Below the pieces are notes generated by a model, which did not search any database, was not told the origin of the DNA, and saw only the letters and a program-made list of their open reading frames with translations. A stretch of 63,989 nt of DNA, the filler included, from Sluysia triapertura (Eukaryota), in NCBI GenBank assembly GCA_046118255.1. It is 5 parts of 5 records of this genome, joined end to end, with 100 filler letters (N's around TTAATTAATTAA, not from the genome) between each part and the next. Parts side by side here need not be neighbours in the genome. Positions count along the whole stretch, not along the records: positions 17,028 to 30,108 come from JBJNIA010060982.1; positions 30,209 to 41,302 come from JBJNIA010188976.1; 3 more parts are not named here. One strand, written 5' to 3'. A program made the translations under genes and the position numbers. Positions 25,694 to 40,370 of the stretch are shown piece by piece. Positions within the stretch are counted from its first letter, which is position 1, and the number at the start of each line of letters is the position of its first letter.

Positions 25694-28609
25694 TTAATAC
25701 AACTGTCATTTCTAAATCTTATCATTTGCAAGTAATTTATTATTACTATTAACATGCAATATCAGTTTAACAATGTACAAGCAATAATAATTTTCTAGTA
25801 TAATTATTCAAGGTCAGTTCAGAGTTATTTGTTGGAACAACACTTTTTTGGTATTGGATTTAGTTTATTCTCTTTCAATGATTTATTAATTGATTATAAA
25901 TCTTTATAAAGTTTAAAATAATTACTACTAAAACTGTATGTACCAGGAATTAAAAATAAATTAAATGAATATTTAGCTATTTTAAATTTTTCTCCATTAA
26001 AAAAAATAAAATAATACATTTAAATAAACAATGTACAATAATAAATTTATATTTATTTTCTAAAAGTTTTTTATAATGTACCTTGATTTATTATTATTTT
26101 TATTTTTAAAATATTTTAATATCTTTATTACATTTTATATTATTAAATTACTTCCAATTTCCTGATTATTGTCTATCTATTTTAACAAGGAATTTATTTA
26201 TTAGATCATCTGCTTTTTTTCAAGAATTTTCCTGATACGGAACTACAGTTCAATTCTGAATTTGGACATTATTACTAATTCTGGTTACTCAACTTATTAT
26301 TTCATCCTTATTTTTTAATGAAGTAACTATCTACATTTTATTTTCTTTTAATTACAATTATATTTGAAACAGAGATATTAATTGATTTGACCAATTGAAT
26401 TTCATTTAATTCTGGATTTTCTATTTTACATTTAAAAATTATTTAATTAATGATTTCATTTTTAGGCATCTATAAAATGAATTAGGATCCTTTAAATCTT
26501 ACTTTTTTAATTTTACTTGTTAATTATAATATCTAGAGTTTTCCATTGTGATAACCTTTTCTCTACATAATTTCACTGATGAATACACTTTAGTATTACT
26601 CATTCATAATGCTTATTCATTACTAAAGTATTTGACTGATCTGAAACATCTAGACAAATATTAACTTAACTTTCACCAGGAAATAATCTTTCACTTTTTC
26701 AATATTGAATTCCAATACGATTCTAAGTATTGTTTTATGGCATTTGTATAGATTTTACATTATTATCTCCAATTTTTGTATAACTAATGAATTATTTTTT
26801 GAAACGAAATATCCGAATGCTAAAAACCTTTTGAAATATATCTTGTTTTATATGCTTAATTTGTTCATTGGAACCAACTCTGACATTATTCATTCTACAA
26901 ATTATATTTAAATAGTTTACAATTAAATGTTGCGTCTTTGAAATTACTTGTAACAATAATTCAATATCCGTTTACTTTGCTTAAATAGAATCCCAGTAAT
27001 TTCAATACTCACTAGATCAAGTATAAGTTATCGCAAATTTTAATAATGATATTTATTCAACCAAAAAATTACGTTCTTAATTAAAATTAATAATAACTCA
27101 ATTATATAATAATTGCAAAATCAAATGCAAATCGTTATTATAAGTAATTATAATACAAGTAAACTAACAAACATTAACTTTCATAAAAATATCAAGCACA
27201 CAACAATCTATCCAAAGAAACCAGAAACAAAAATCAAAATATCAATATCTAAAGAAATTGAAAATAATAATAATAATACTTATATATTGTCAAATTATTC
27301 CATTCTAACTTAATAACAAACAAGTTATAAAATAATTCGGGTAGGGAATCTCCCAAAAAATCAATTTATCAATAGCTTAAAAATTATTATAGTAGCAAAA
27401 GTTAGTTAAAGATTCCCAAAAAAATTATTCTTTTTAATAATAATTAAAATAATACAAAAAACATTACCATGATTGTTTGTTAGCTGACTCTACGATTTAT
27501 TGTAAAATTTTTAAGCTTTTTATTTTATACCTTCGCATCATCAAATCAATCCTGCGTTTCACAATAGATAAAAAGAAATTAGTAAATTAGTTAAATGATG
27601 TTGAAAATAGAAGATGATGTATCGCACGATTTTGTCCTGACAGATAGTAATGATCTGACATTTTGCCCAAACTGGTAGAGATCTGTACATAATCCAAAAG
27701 AAAGTTTATTCTCTTATAACTACATAAAATTAAGATCAAGTTCATGTTACTTATCAAAATGTTTAAGATCAATTGTTGAACAAATTTTAATTGAGAAATA
27801 TTTAGATTGAGATTTCATTCAACCAAATGATGCTTTTATTGTTCATAAAAATGGATTTAGAATAAATTATCAAAAATAATAAAAATAGTTTATCACTAGA
27901 ATTACTTCTAGAATTTCCGTAAATAAAATTATGTCCGGCCTTAACGAAACTTGTAAAATTCTGATTAAGTCTGATTTTGTAATTCCTAACGGAATTAAAT
28001 ATTATCAAGAAAAACTTACTGATAACTTAATTTAATCAGGGAAAGATGAATCACTGAAATCAGCAGTCTAATCAACGAATATCACGAACGATGAATTGTG
28101 TTGATTACAAGAACGACAGTATGACTTTGATCATTCTATTACCAATGATGCCAAAAGAAACTCAGTTCACAACAAATCGGTTTTTTAAATTTTTCTTCTT
28201 GTTAATCTTGCGAGTAATTGATATATATCATCAATAAGTTTTAATTTTTTGAATTATTATTGTTTATTTATTTTTAGAAATTTTTTAAACAAATTAGGTT
28301 AGTTGAAACAACAAGAAATAGTGATTAATCAGTCGAAAGTTAGAGGACTTATTTATCCTGATTAATTTGTTTTAAAACACTGCAGAAAAGTAAAGTAAAT
28401 TACTCATTTTATTTTAATTTAGAATTCAGATCAAATGAGGTAAAGTTAATATTTCTTTTTATTATTATTATATTTATTATTATTATTATTATTACTTTAA
28501 TTTTATTATTATTCTTTTTCATTATTTCAGCTACTGGTTTTGACAATAGCATTTTCATTCAAAAGTAATTCATAAAAACCTACTTTTTCTTAAGTTAATT
28601 AAGATTTTA

Positions 28610-28990
28610 ATTAATTAATCTATTTTTAGACTTAACCTTATTTTATGTTTAAAGGTTTTACTTAGGTCTTAAAGTTATTTAATAGTTTATAAAACATTCC
28701 GGAGGCTCTAGATGTTTTCATCTTCATCCCTCTGATTAATTTTTCCACTTCTTCATGTTAATTATTACCATACTAGGTTTGTCCTTAATACCGTAACAAT
28801 GATTTTATTTCTCAAATATTTTAAAGAATTTAAGTATTTTATAAAAAGACTAAAGTATCTCAAATGCTTATCGATGTTTTAAATGATCTGAGGGTTTTCA
28901 AAGTCCATCTCAAACACTTATATATAAGTGTTTGTAATCCTAAGATATTCTTTAGCTATTAATAATATTATAGATGTTTTCAGTTTCGCG
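28610..28990 (-). repeat. Second, inverted copy of the 20740-21050 dispersed repeat
   Basis: Reverse-complement similarity to 20740-21050. Confidence 0.6.
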
Positions 28991-30035
28991 ATTCTAAAAA
29001 ATTTTGAACAATTTGTGATCCTGAACCAAACATTCTAATTTATATTTATTTACACATATTTATATAATTATTTACGCATGTAAACCTGATCATAATTTTA
29101 AAATACATGTATTAATTTCAAATTAATCGAACTGCCCAGGTTCGACCCCTATATTATAATATTTTAAATTTTTAACACAAACAGTATCCACAATATACTC
29201 ATTTCACCATATTCATTGTTAAAAACTTCATCTGTTAAAACAAACTTTAACATTGATTTAGAACATTGATTCACTAATTTCTAGTCTTTATCTCATATTT
29301 GAAAAAGTATTTCCCAAATATTATTTCTTCTTTATCTGTAATATTTTCTAATTGAATTTTGAAATCTAATTTCACATTGCAGATATATTATGGGTTTGAA
29401 ATTCTTAAACTTCTAATAACATCAAATTAAAAATAGAATCATAAAATAATGAAATTTTAATAAATCATTTTTCTTAATATCGTATTTGTTATGATCTAAA
29501 TATAATTTAAATTTATTAGAAATTTCCTCATTTTTAAAGAAAAAAAATCTTTAATTAATGTGTCATGTAAAGTTGGATCTAGTTTTAAATTAAAGAGATT
29601 ATTGTTCATTAGTAATTATTAATTATTATCAGATTCTATTATTATAACAATAATAAAGTCATCAATATTCCTCAATTTTTTCAATATTTTATTAGTTCAT
29701 TGTTATTTTAACTCGATTTTTTGTTTATACTTTTATTTATAGTTTGTAATTTCAATAGATAAACACAGAATTTATTTAGTCTTGATTTATTTATTTTAAT
29801 TTCTTATTTAGGCCGGATTGAAATCACAATTTCTGCCATCGGTTTTATCTACACTTTTTGAGTGTCCTTTTGAAGAACAAACCTATAGTTATAGTAAAGT
29901 ATTCATAAATAAAATAAAATTATTTATTTATTAATTTTATTTATTAAAATTATTTTATTTTATTGATATTATTAGACGACAAAATAGTAGATTTTTTCTT
30001 AATCCAAAGAAATAGTCTCAACAAGAGCATGTTAT

Positions 30036-30108
30036 TGTTAGACTTCGTAAAATGGACTGACCGGGGATCGAACCCGGGACCATCGTCTGCGCAGTGCGAA
30101 TGCTCTAC
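30036..30108 (-). mobile_element. tRNA-bearing element, copy 3, truncated by the contig end
   Basis: TGTTAGACTTCGTAAAATGGACTGACCGGGGATCGAACCCGGGACC...GCAGTGCGAATGCTCTAC is nearly identical to copy 1. Confidence 0.8.
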
Positions 30109-30208
30109 NNNNNNNNNNNNNNNNNNNNNNNNNNNNNNNNNNNNNNNNNNNNTTAATTAATTAANNNNNNNNNNNNNNNNNNNNNNNNNNNNNNNNNNNN
30201 NNNNNNNN
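30109..30208. other. Artificial contig linker (N44-TTAATTAATTAA-N44)
   Basis: Same structure as the other linkers. Confidence 0.98.

Positions 30209-30279
<71 letters not shown>
30209..30279. repeat. (ATT)n microsatellite at contig start
   Basis: Direct reading. Confidence 0.95.
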
Positions 30280-30281
<2 letters not shown>

Positions 30282-30449
30282 AATGCACGAAAAATAATAA
30301 GATAAAAATCAATTTACTTTTCAGAAAACTAATAAATAAATATCAAGTGCTTGAACTCAATTAGAAAAAAACTGAACAAAAGACGTAAAAGTCATTAGTT
30401 AAGTAGTGACGAACAAATAAATATTGATCCAAATTAGATGCATGATAAA

Positions 30450-32401
30450 TCATTAATGATTATAAATATTTAATATTCGCTTGAGGGATTTTGTAAATTA
30501 TTTTCAAAACACATCGATTATGAGTCCTATTTCTTCTGATAAATTACTTCTAAGAGTTTAAATGTTAAGTTCTGTGACAATAAGCCTTGAGAGCGTTTAA
30601 CTGATGCTGTAGTGCGATATTTATTAATGTTACCTAAAACTTTGAAATAGAAGTTATCGTTATTTTTGACTCGTTGAAATATATGCTTAAGGCACTTGAA
30701 ACTAAAACCCTTGACTGTAGGGATGCTAACAAACGCAAAAAAATTTAATGTAATAAAACATACTGTATTTAATTTACGATCACAAAATGACTCGTTTTAT
30801 TCAGCAAATTTTAATCGACCATTATTATCATCTTCGCGGACTTCTACCATATATCGTCACACTATCTTACGCAGGTGACATTTATTTCTTGCACTTGGTC
30901 GATCAACTTTAGTTAAAACATTAACATTGGTCGCATTAACCCTAGAAATGCCGCATAAACAGGTTGCATTAGAGATGCATATGTTTCACTGCTGATCATA
31001 ACATAAAGCACATAATTTCTAAAATTTAAAAACTTTTGAAATGTTTGGCATTCTTTATAGTACCTTGACCATCAAAATTGGGATCTTTCAAAGTTCTAAT
31101 CAAAATATCAATTTTGTCTGACGCGTTCAGCTTCTATTAACTGAACACATTATAGAGATTGTCCTCTGCGTTTGGAAACTTCTAAAATGGCATGTAATAA
31201 CATATTTAGAATTTCAAATTCAAAGGTATTCAAATTGCCATTAAACAATATTTCCGATACACATTCGAAATTCACTTCTTTAAATGAAGCATTAATTTAA
31301 TGTCGAAGAGGTAATTCTGTGAACCTATCTGCAATTACATGTCAAATTGAAAATTTCTGGCACGTTTTCTCATTAAAATAAAACTCTTAACAATTTTTTT
31401 GGTAAGGTTGATATTAGTATCAAAACTGTAAATATAGTCTAATTACAGATTTTAAGGCGTAAGAAATTCATTTGACAAGGTTAAATCGGTACTTCTTTCA
31501 TTATAATTGCACGAAAAAACTCTGATTTACAATATTTACAAAATTTAATTCAATTTTAAATTAAAGTTTGGCAATTTCGATTCCACATATAAATCGTTTA
31601 AAATGGCACAATGTGCATTAGTTTCAAAATCAACACTTTTTATTCTTTTAATTTGATCGGTGATCGTATTTTTTGGCATATATAAAAAGGTTTAATAATT
31701 TTTCATAGAAATTATGAAACTTTGAAATTCAAAATTTTTTATTGTTGTAACTAACAACTTATGTCGATTTAATTTAATTCTAAATCTATATGCAATATTA
31801 CACGAAATTAATAACTTGTATACAATCTAATGTTTAGCACATTAAAACAAACTATTATTAATGTCAAAAATATAATTAAAATTCAATTCAATTTATTTAG
31901 TTAATTTTAATATTTATTTTTCTACAAGATTTTTTCTTGAATATTGTATGATGAAGTCCATATTTAATGAAATATTATAGCGTTTTAAGATTAACTGGAT
32001 ATGAGATAATAAATTCTAATTGGGAAGTCGATTGTGTTTCAATGAATATCAATGTACTTTTCCACTTGAGTTTTTTATTCAATACTTTGGATTCGTCATC
32101 ACCAGAAAATATTTTATTTCTATTGTTGATATTCACCGAAATTCAAACCATTAAAATCTGATAATAGTTTCTAATTATAACATCACATTCTTCGACTTTT
32201 AGGAATTCATAACTTTTTGGAATTTTACGTTAGATGATGGTAAAGCAGATCGATTCGTTGCTTTACTTAATTTTTTGTCTTTTTGTAGCTTAACATTTTC
32301 GATTGAACATTTTAAATTATTCATCGGCTTTTGAATTGATTTCATCTACTTTTTCTTTTGCTTCCTCGGCGAATGAGACTACATTTCTTATTTGTTTGCA
32401 T
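30450..32401 (-). pseudogene. Possible decayed coding sequence antisense to an APC intron
   Basis: An acceptor-like aacag at ~32402 is followed by coding-like, stop-interrupted frames (CKQIRNVVSFAEEAKEKVDEINSKADE*; MNNLKCSIENVKLQKDKKLSK...). GC is raised at 30450-31400. No family recognised. Confidence 0.3.
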
Positions 32402-32485
32402 CTGTTAAATAAAATGAATATTTCAAAAAAATATTCCGAAAACTATTTTCAACGATTTGACAACAACAAGAACAATAAAAATAAA

Positions 32486-32531
<46 letters not shown>

Positions 32532-33901
32532 GTTAAATTATAAAAGTTTATATTTTGGGGATTAATAAGATAAAGTGTATAATGTACAATAATATTAATA
32601 ATAATTTTTAGAGCGGTTGTTTTGAAGTTATTGATAATACTATTAAGAATTGTGGAAACAGTGACTAGATTGTGGTGAGGTGAAAATGTATTGAATGTTT
32701 TGTAGGGGATGGTGAAATAGATGTTAAATAATAGTAGGTATTGAATGTGATTTGATGTATGCATAGGATATCATTGTCAGAAATGGTTTAGGACACCACA
32801 TTACTAACCAATTTTCAATAATTATAAATAAAAATATTGCTTTTTAATGAAATATTACCAATTTAAAATTATGTATCGCATTAGTTTCTTTTTACGTCAG
32901 TACTTTTATTTTCATTCTGTGTACTTAATGACTAAAATATCAATGTCTTTCTATCACATTAAAAATTAATTTATATTTTTTATTTATCAACTTATTTTAA
33001 AAACTAGGTAATCTCTTTTCAATAAAGTAGTTTTTCATACTTATCTTATTTTTATTTATCATTTATTTATCAGTTTTTCATTTCGTTTTTCATTTTAAAT
33101 TTTAACAATTTTTCATTAATAAATCTGTTAATTTTTTTTAATTAATAAGCCTTTTGATCTTTATGATTTCATTGAGGTCGCACTGTTCGTCAAGATGTAA
33201 GAGCATACCTAGTAATTATATTTTTTTAAATTATATTAACATTGCATCTATTTTAACTAAATTATTTTCAACTACAAAATAATTTAGTTTAAATATTAAA
33301 ACCTTTTATTAACTTTTATTAATTTAATCTATTAATTTTACTAATATCGTCTCTAAAATATGTATTAGTACTTATCTTTTCATACAGTTTTAAAATTTTT
33401 TTGTATTCAATATAAGTGGAAATTTATTAACACATTTAAAATGTAATTCCTTAAAATGTAATTAATATGCAATTTAAAATGTAATTAATATGCAATTTAA
33501 AATGTAATTAATATAACATTTTATCCAATATATTTGAAATATAATTGTGCTCCAGTTCATATGCATGTACATATTGACAAATTATATTTTTGTTTACTAA
33601 TTTACATCTATTAATAATTTTATTATCATCATGACATTATCTTTATTTATTTATTTGAATGTTTAAATTGAGTGACTGTATCACATAGAGATAGTACTCA
33701 AATGACAATTATATATGTATTATGATCAAACTTCTAAATTGTTAGTTGAAGTCATACCATCTATACCACACAATTTTATTAATACTGCATGTTATTTAAT
33801 AAATAAGTATTTGTAATTTTTTCACTAAATAATATATGTTAAATGAATTTTTATTTATTTACTTGAAATAAAAATATAAAATTTAATATCTTAATATTCA
33901 G

Positions 33902-35937
33902 CAATGTATTTCATCTGCTATGCCAGTTCCTAAATTACGACCACCAAGTAATATACCAAATTCTACAACTGGACACATGTCAAATTATACATCAATATCT
34001 AAGAAAGTTTCGAATGTTACAGTTACTGACGATAATTTTCATGTATGTGATTAATTAATTTTATAATAATGTTTTGTTAATATTAGGTTGGAATGAATGT
34101 CTCTATGGAAAAATGAGAAATATAAAAAGTGCATGCATTCATAAATTCCACATACATTTAGTCAAGATAACCATTGTTCACTTCGATTTTGAGCCGAAAT
34201 ATTTGATCAGTTGCAGTTTTTGACTTTTGAAGCAATGGTATTTCATTGTCACGAGGCAAAATTACACTTCATGTTAACCAAAGATGGTTGAACTTCTAAC
34301 ATTTTTTGGAATAAGTGATATAATTATTGATAAATGATGTCACATTCATTTTCAATAATTCATAATGTATGACTTATAACTCATAATTCGTAATGTAAAC
34401 CACTTTGTGAAGTCTGTTCAGATGGTTAAACTATATAAAGTCACTGCATTTGCAACTCTTATTAACACTATGATACCAATTTTTCATCTTCCGTAGCGAT
34501 TCGGACAAAAGAGGTTCAGTACTCAGCTTTGGTTATAAAGAAGTTACAAAAAAATCTAAATGAGATTTTTAGATACTTCTGTTTTATTGTCAGATGTGTT
34601 GAAACCAAAACGCTATATTCAAGTATCTTTCCGAGTAGTTTTAAACGATTTAAACGGTTTTTTGAATATCATACTTGTAAATTATGGTGTTTACAGACCT
34701 AGATTTATTCCCTAAGTTGGAGTTCTCTAACTAAATATTCGAAACCACTTTCAACTATTTTATGGCTTACAGAATCTGGATAAGTTAGTAATCAGTGTTA
34801 CAATCGAAAAAAAATGCAAAGTTGAATGTAAAACTTACCATAAAACATAAAAATAATAAGTAATAATAAAATAAATTTTGAAATTTAATTCTACGATTAT
34901 GTATTGTTAATAATTTTAAAGAATATTTAAACAATATTTTGTTAATTTTGAGCTATTCAATTTTTAAATCCGTACAGAAATTTTCCGTAAATACTTGATT
35001 TCCAAACTTATTTTGGTAGTTGTAGTGCTTCTCATAAATTGTAATAAATCATGCAGTAGTAATGGTAGTAGTAGTGGTAGTGGTAGTAGTAGTGGTAGTA
35101 GTAGTAGTAGTAGCATTAGTAATAGTTGCATTCTTGTAAATTATTAAATTATTATTAAGTATTACGTTTTTGTGATATTGAAAAATCAAAGTTTTAAAAA
35201 CTTGGATTCATAATTGATTTTCGATATATTATTTCAGACCGCATCTCCTTCAGCCATTAATTCAACAGAATATAAACTGCCAGCGTCTTCTAATCGCATT
35301 TTATCACGAGTCGTTGCTTCTGCGGCCCCTTCCAAGTTACCTAGTTCAAAAAAATTACCTAGTAATACTTCCAAAGCTACAGGTCTTAGAATTCCCACAA
35401 GCATTAATATTAACACAAATTCTAATAAAGGTGCAGTTACTAATATTAACAGCAAATTACACCATTCTCATATGACAAGTTACTCAGCACGTGCTAGTAT
35501 ATCACATAGTAATACAAGTAGCCGTGCATCTTCTGAAAAATCTGCTCCTATTATAAACCCTACATCACCTCAAGGATCAAGCACTACTAATAAGTGTTCT
35601 TTTTTATTGAATGGCTGCGGTGTACCGGATCCTGGAGGAGGAGGAGGAGACGAAAATCCACTGCCACTGCCACTGACAACACAAACACAACCTCCAGTAT
35701 CAACAGCAACAACAAAAGTTATAGCCAAAAGAAACACAACATCAATTCCAACAAGTGGTAACAAGTTTGGCTTTCAGTCACCGTCTTTAATTCGAGCTAA
35801 TAATAGAAGAGGTAGTGCTCCAAATAATGATCAGAAATTATTTAGTAACAGTTATGCCATCAATGAAAATGCACAAAAAGCTGTTACAAGTAGCGAACCA
35901 AATAGTCGAATAGGTGATGTTAAGAGTGAAATTAATG

Positions 35938-35985
<48 letters not shown>

Positions 35986-38900
35986 TTGTTAAAAGAATTA
36001 TCCGGAGATCTGGTGTATTTGATGAAACAGAAGATTTTCTTATTTCATCATCATCATCAAATTTATCTTCATGCAAAAGAAACAAAGAATTTGTTAATAA
36101 TGATCATGACGGTAATGATAATGTTGAAAATGATGATACGGATGCTGAAATTGAAGAAATTGAAGATATTACTGGAAATGAACAGCAGTTAATTGCTTAT
36201 GGTGTCGAAGTACGATATTATTAAGTTTTTATCAAAATATGAATTATTTAATTCAAAAGCATTAAATAAATTTACAGAAATTGAAATTCGTTTTATATAT
36301 TTTAATAAAAAATATAAACTTAAAATAAAAAGTACATTTCTTGATGTCATATTTGGAATATTAAAATAATTAAACTAAAGAAAAATTGCATAAAAAGTGA
36401 TCACAAAATAATGATTTTTACAAGAATCCATTTGATTAGTGTGCAGTTAACTAAACCTTGCATAATAATCTGTGGTCAGCGAGTAAGATGGTTTGCAAAG
36501 GAAAAAAATCGCACTGATCAAATCTGGTGTCACATATATTAAGGAATGCTCAAAAAAGATTCTTGTAAGATTCTTGTATACAATGTACACGATATATTAA
36601 TTAACCCCGAAACGTCAAAATATTTATTTAAATAATACTTCAACAAGTGTTTGGAAATGTGTACAGATTTACGAATATTCTGAAATATTTTGCATCTGAT
36701 ATGAAAATTCATGTTATTGTTAATATTTAAATAGATTATATCAAAAAGTATACAAAATCTTTAATTTTATTTATTTTGTTATTTTGTATTAATTTTGTAC
36801 TTACTCTGTATAACCGAACTAGAAATTTTGTGCCTTTTAAAGTATAAGATGGAGTAAGTCAACTCATTCTTTTTGTTTTGAAAAGTACCAATGAATTCTT
36901 TCACTTTAAAACTGCCTAAATAAATAATATATAATACAAAAATAAACTTTACAATTTTCTAGATCCATTTTACTTCAAAATTTTAAGTTCTGTATTTTGT
37001 TTCAATTTTTACAATTTATATTTAATTTGTATTTTTAGACAATTTTGGCAAGTCTTAATTTATTGGAAAACGAACAAAATGGTGGATCGGAAGAATCAAA
37101 AGACATTAGTAATACAGAAAGCAAAATATTAAACAAAACTCATTCTAATCAACAAAGGCAGACGAATATTACAGTTACTTCGTTTAATCAAGTAAGTAGT
37201 ATCGTTATTATTTTATTTAAAAATTAAAGTCGAAGTAGAATAATGTTAGTTGTTAATTTAATTTATATAAAAGAAGTATAATTTGCTAACTGATTCAAAA
37301 TGAAATCAAAGAATTAAAAAAGACGCATAGGCTTTCAAACATTCGAAGTAAATGTGAAAACTATTTAAATGTGGATATTAGATATAATATGCACAATTTA
37401 TTTTAAAGTTTTATTAACTTTATTCAAATACAATTTATAATTAGCTGCATCAGTCTGAGCAAACTCAAAATACTAATCAGATTTTTAAAGCACGAATTGT
37501 GAAACCAAATGTTCTAACGGATACTATAAGTAACAAAGAAGCAGCAGGAACTTCAGTTCGTGGTACGCGCAAGTCTTTAACAGGTACTACTTTCATTAAT
37601 ACAATTAATAGTAATTATAATTATTATTATTATCATTAATATTAATAATAATTATTATTATTATATTACGATTATGATGATGATGTTAGGGCTTCATTCA
37701 GAGGATGTTGAATTGGAGTGACTTACTGGTGGAATCCTCCCTCGCATCTAGATATTGTAATTGATGATACAATTATTAAAAACAGTTTTAAAAGGATAAA
37801 AATAAATAATGATAATGGCAATAATAATAATAAAGGAATGAATCATACGCACCAGGACATTATCGTTTATGTATAAAATTTGTGAATTTTAAAAGGCTTG
37901 AAGAAATTGAAATTCGTTTTAATGTATAAAATTGGCAAAAGTGAATTTATTAACTTAATATTAATGTTTTATAAGATAATTTCAGATTAAAAAAGTTATC
38001 AATGAAGGAATAATGATGTCATTATCTATAATTCGCGAAAACATAGCAGTTTTGCGATTCAAATTAACTCATAAAAAGCAAGAAATTTTTATTTTAATTC
38101 AAAGTTTTAGCAAAGATTTGTGTGTGACAATCGGATAAGCTAGGGACTTTATAATGAACCTTGAAGCATAATTCCGAATCTGATGTCTATTTTATCAAAA
38201 AACTTAACATTGATATATTGCGTTTTGAAAATGGTTTTCCTTGTTAAAAGTTATTATAAATAAAGTTAATGGTTATACGAAGAAATAATGTGATTAAATG
38301 TTAAATTTATGTGATAAGTATTTGTTAAAATTAGAAAAATATTTATAAAGTGAAATTAATTTATCACATTAATAATCATCAGAGATTGGTAACTTGAGGT
38401 GGATTTTCAGTCTTAATTATATTAATTTATTAAATGGTTTTCGGCCTAAATAAACTCAAATTGAATAGACAAGTATAATTAGGCAACGCGTTGATTTCGC
38501 CAATATTTTCATTAATTACAACTATTATTCGAGTATAATGACATAGTATGTGGAAAACCTTGCATTGAAGTTTACTTTCATATTGATTGAACGAATTAAA
38601 GCTTGTTTCTGTACCTTTTTTACATATTAATGTGCTTTTTATGTGCATTAGAGTTTTGAATTTGTATAACTTTAGTGTTCTGGGACTCATTAATTGACTA
38701 TTTTATTTATATTTAGAGGCATAATTGTTTAATTAATTTTGTTTTATATTTGATAATATAAGTCTAATTTTATTTTAATTCTGAAAATTGTTTAATAAAT
38801 AATCGATAATATTATCAAATATTATTAATAATATTAATAATGAAATTTAGGTCGTAAAATTGGAAGTTCTAATTCAGTGACTGTATCAAAGAAATCTAAT

Positions 38901-39356
38901 AATTCTGTTAAATCACCTTCACTTCTCAAAAGAAACATTGCTTTTAAACCAACGACCGAACGCTTAAATGATAATCAACAATTGAAAAGTCGAGATTCAT
39001 CACTTAGCAGTTCTATTAGTACATCATCGCGAGTAAAACTTAATAATAATAACAATAATAGTAATAATAATAATAACAATAGTACTAATGGTCATAGAAT
39101 ATCGAGTCGAAATGCAACTAAAGCTAATAAAAGTAATATCGCTTCTAATTCTAATTATAAATTAAAACCTCAAACTAAAGTAATATCTATGCCTTCGAAT
39201 GATGGTGCTGTTTCAATAAATAAATCTCTTCAAACAAATAATAGAATTAATAAAAATGAAGAAAACAATAACGGTGCTGTGGAAGTACGAGAAACAGACG
39301 AAAGTGGTGTTTGGTTAATAAGAAATGAATTATGTCCAGATACTGTATGCAATTGA
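33902..39356 (+). CDS. APC: Adenomatous polyposis coli (APC) orthologue, 3' exons (SAMP repeat, basic/EB1-binding region); 5' part not in window
   Basis: Phase-consistent exons are 33902-34042, 35238-36209, 37039-37191, 37445-37583 and 38851-39356. The first begins QCISSAMP, an Axin-binding SAMP repeat. LIAYGVETILASL resembles APC AIQEGANSIVSSL, ARIVKP...VRGTRKSLTG resembles PRILKP...IKGGKKVYKSLITG, and GVWLIRNELCP resembles DVWVRIEDCP, all in the vertebrate order (compared from memory). Confidence 0.85.
34082..34800 (-). mobile_element. Decayed mariner transposon in APC intron
   Basis: Minus-strand fragments FVRIATEDENWYH (cf. RIVTGDEKW) and VQPSLVNMK..RDN (cf. QPALVNRK..HDNARPH), plus a TATTAGGTTGG mariner-type terminus at 34081. 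Confidence 0.65.
35056..35125. repeat. (AGT/GGT)n microsatellite
   Basis: Direct reading. Confidence 0.9.
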
Positions 39357-40304
39357 AAATAATAATAAAGTTTCTTTATTGATAGAAATAACTTATAAAT
39401 ATCAAAGAAAATATTTCAATGTAAATTATTAAATTTAATTTACAAAATAAATATTTGTATTTGTTCACATTCCAAACGTCATTGTCTTTATCATTAAACT
39501 TTTTATGCATTCTGAAATATTAATAATTTGTTATTAAGTTTTTATTTAACTTGATTTTTCTTTAATGCATTAAATACTTTTGATTATAAGTGACTTTTGA
39601 AACAAATTCGGATATTTATTATTAATTATTATCAAGTGATGGTTTTTAAATATATAAAAACTCAAATCTATGTGATAAAAAATATTAATTTAATTTTACT
39701 GAAAATTAATTTTAACATGTTTTGTGAACATGACAAATGTTAGAAATGCTTTTGTATATAAATTTCAAATATTTAAATGTAAAATACGTTTATATTTTTG
39801 TACATGTTTGTATAGTTTAAAACGTTTATCTTATATACAAAAGTATTTATTGATGTAATAAATTATTTTATTTATTTGGAATTTTATTTTTGAATTTGCT
39901 TTTAGTTATTTTCAATTTATTAAATTATTTATTTATTTAGTTACTTATAATAAAAAGCAAATAATTAAAATTTGAAATAAATTCTGAAATGTAAATATTT
40001 TAATTAAAAGGATTTTAATTATCTTAGAAAACAGGGTTCTTTTTTGTAAATATTAAAATGTAAAGTTAATTGTTTCACTTATATTCAATCTTCGCAACTT
40101 CTTTTAAATGTTTAAAATTTAATTTCAGCAAATGATTTAATATTACATTTTATAATATTAACATATTAACTGTGAAAAGTAATTAATTAATTACTAAAAT
40201 GTCTATGTTTTGTTAAAGATTTTGTTTTGATATTTCATTTATAAAACAATCTATTAAGCATTTAATAAAGTTTGCTTAAATGTATAAATTACAAATATGT
40301 AAAT

Positions 40305-40307
<3 letters not shown>

Positions 40308-40367
<60 letters not shown>
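40308..40367. repeat. (ATT)n microsatellite
   Basis: Direct reading. Confidence 0.95.

Positions 40368-40370
<3 letters not shown>

Noticed and set aside
26100-27000. Possible decayed retroelement coding sequence on the minus strand
   Set aside because: No diagnostic motif could be read with confidence
29963-30160. ORF of 65 aa
   Set aside because: It is the antisense of the tRNA element and runs into Ns
32303-32764. ORFs with poly-Asn or poly-Ile
   Set aside because: They are generated by an (AAT)n microsatellite in non-coding sequence
35234-36192. Overlapping ORFs at 35234, 35570, 35852 and 35914
   Set aside because: Shadow frames of the APC exon; poly-Ile and poly-Leu come from the (AAT)n tract
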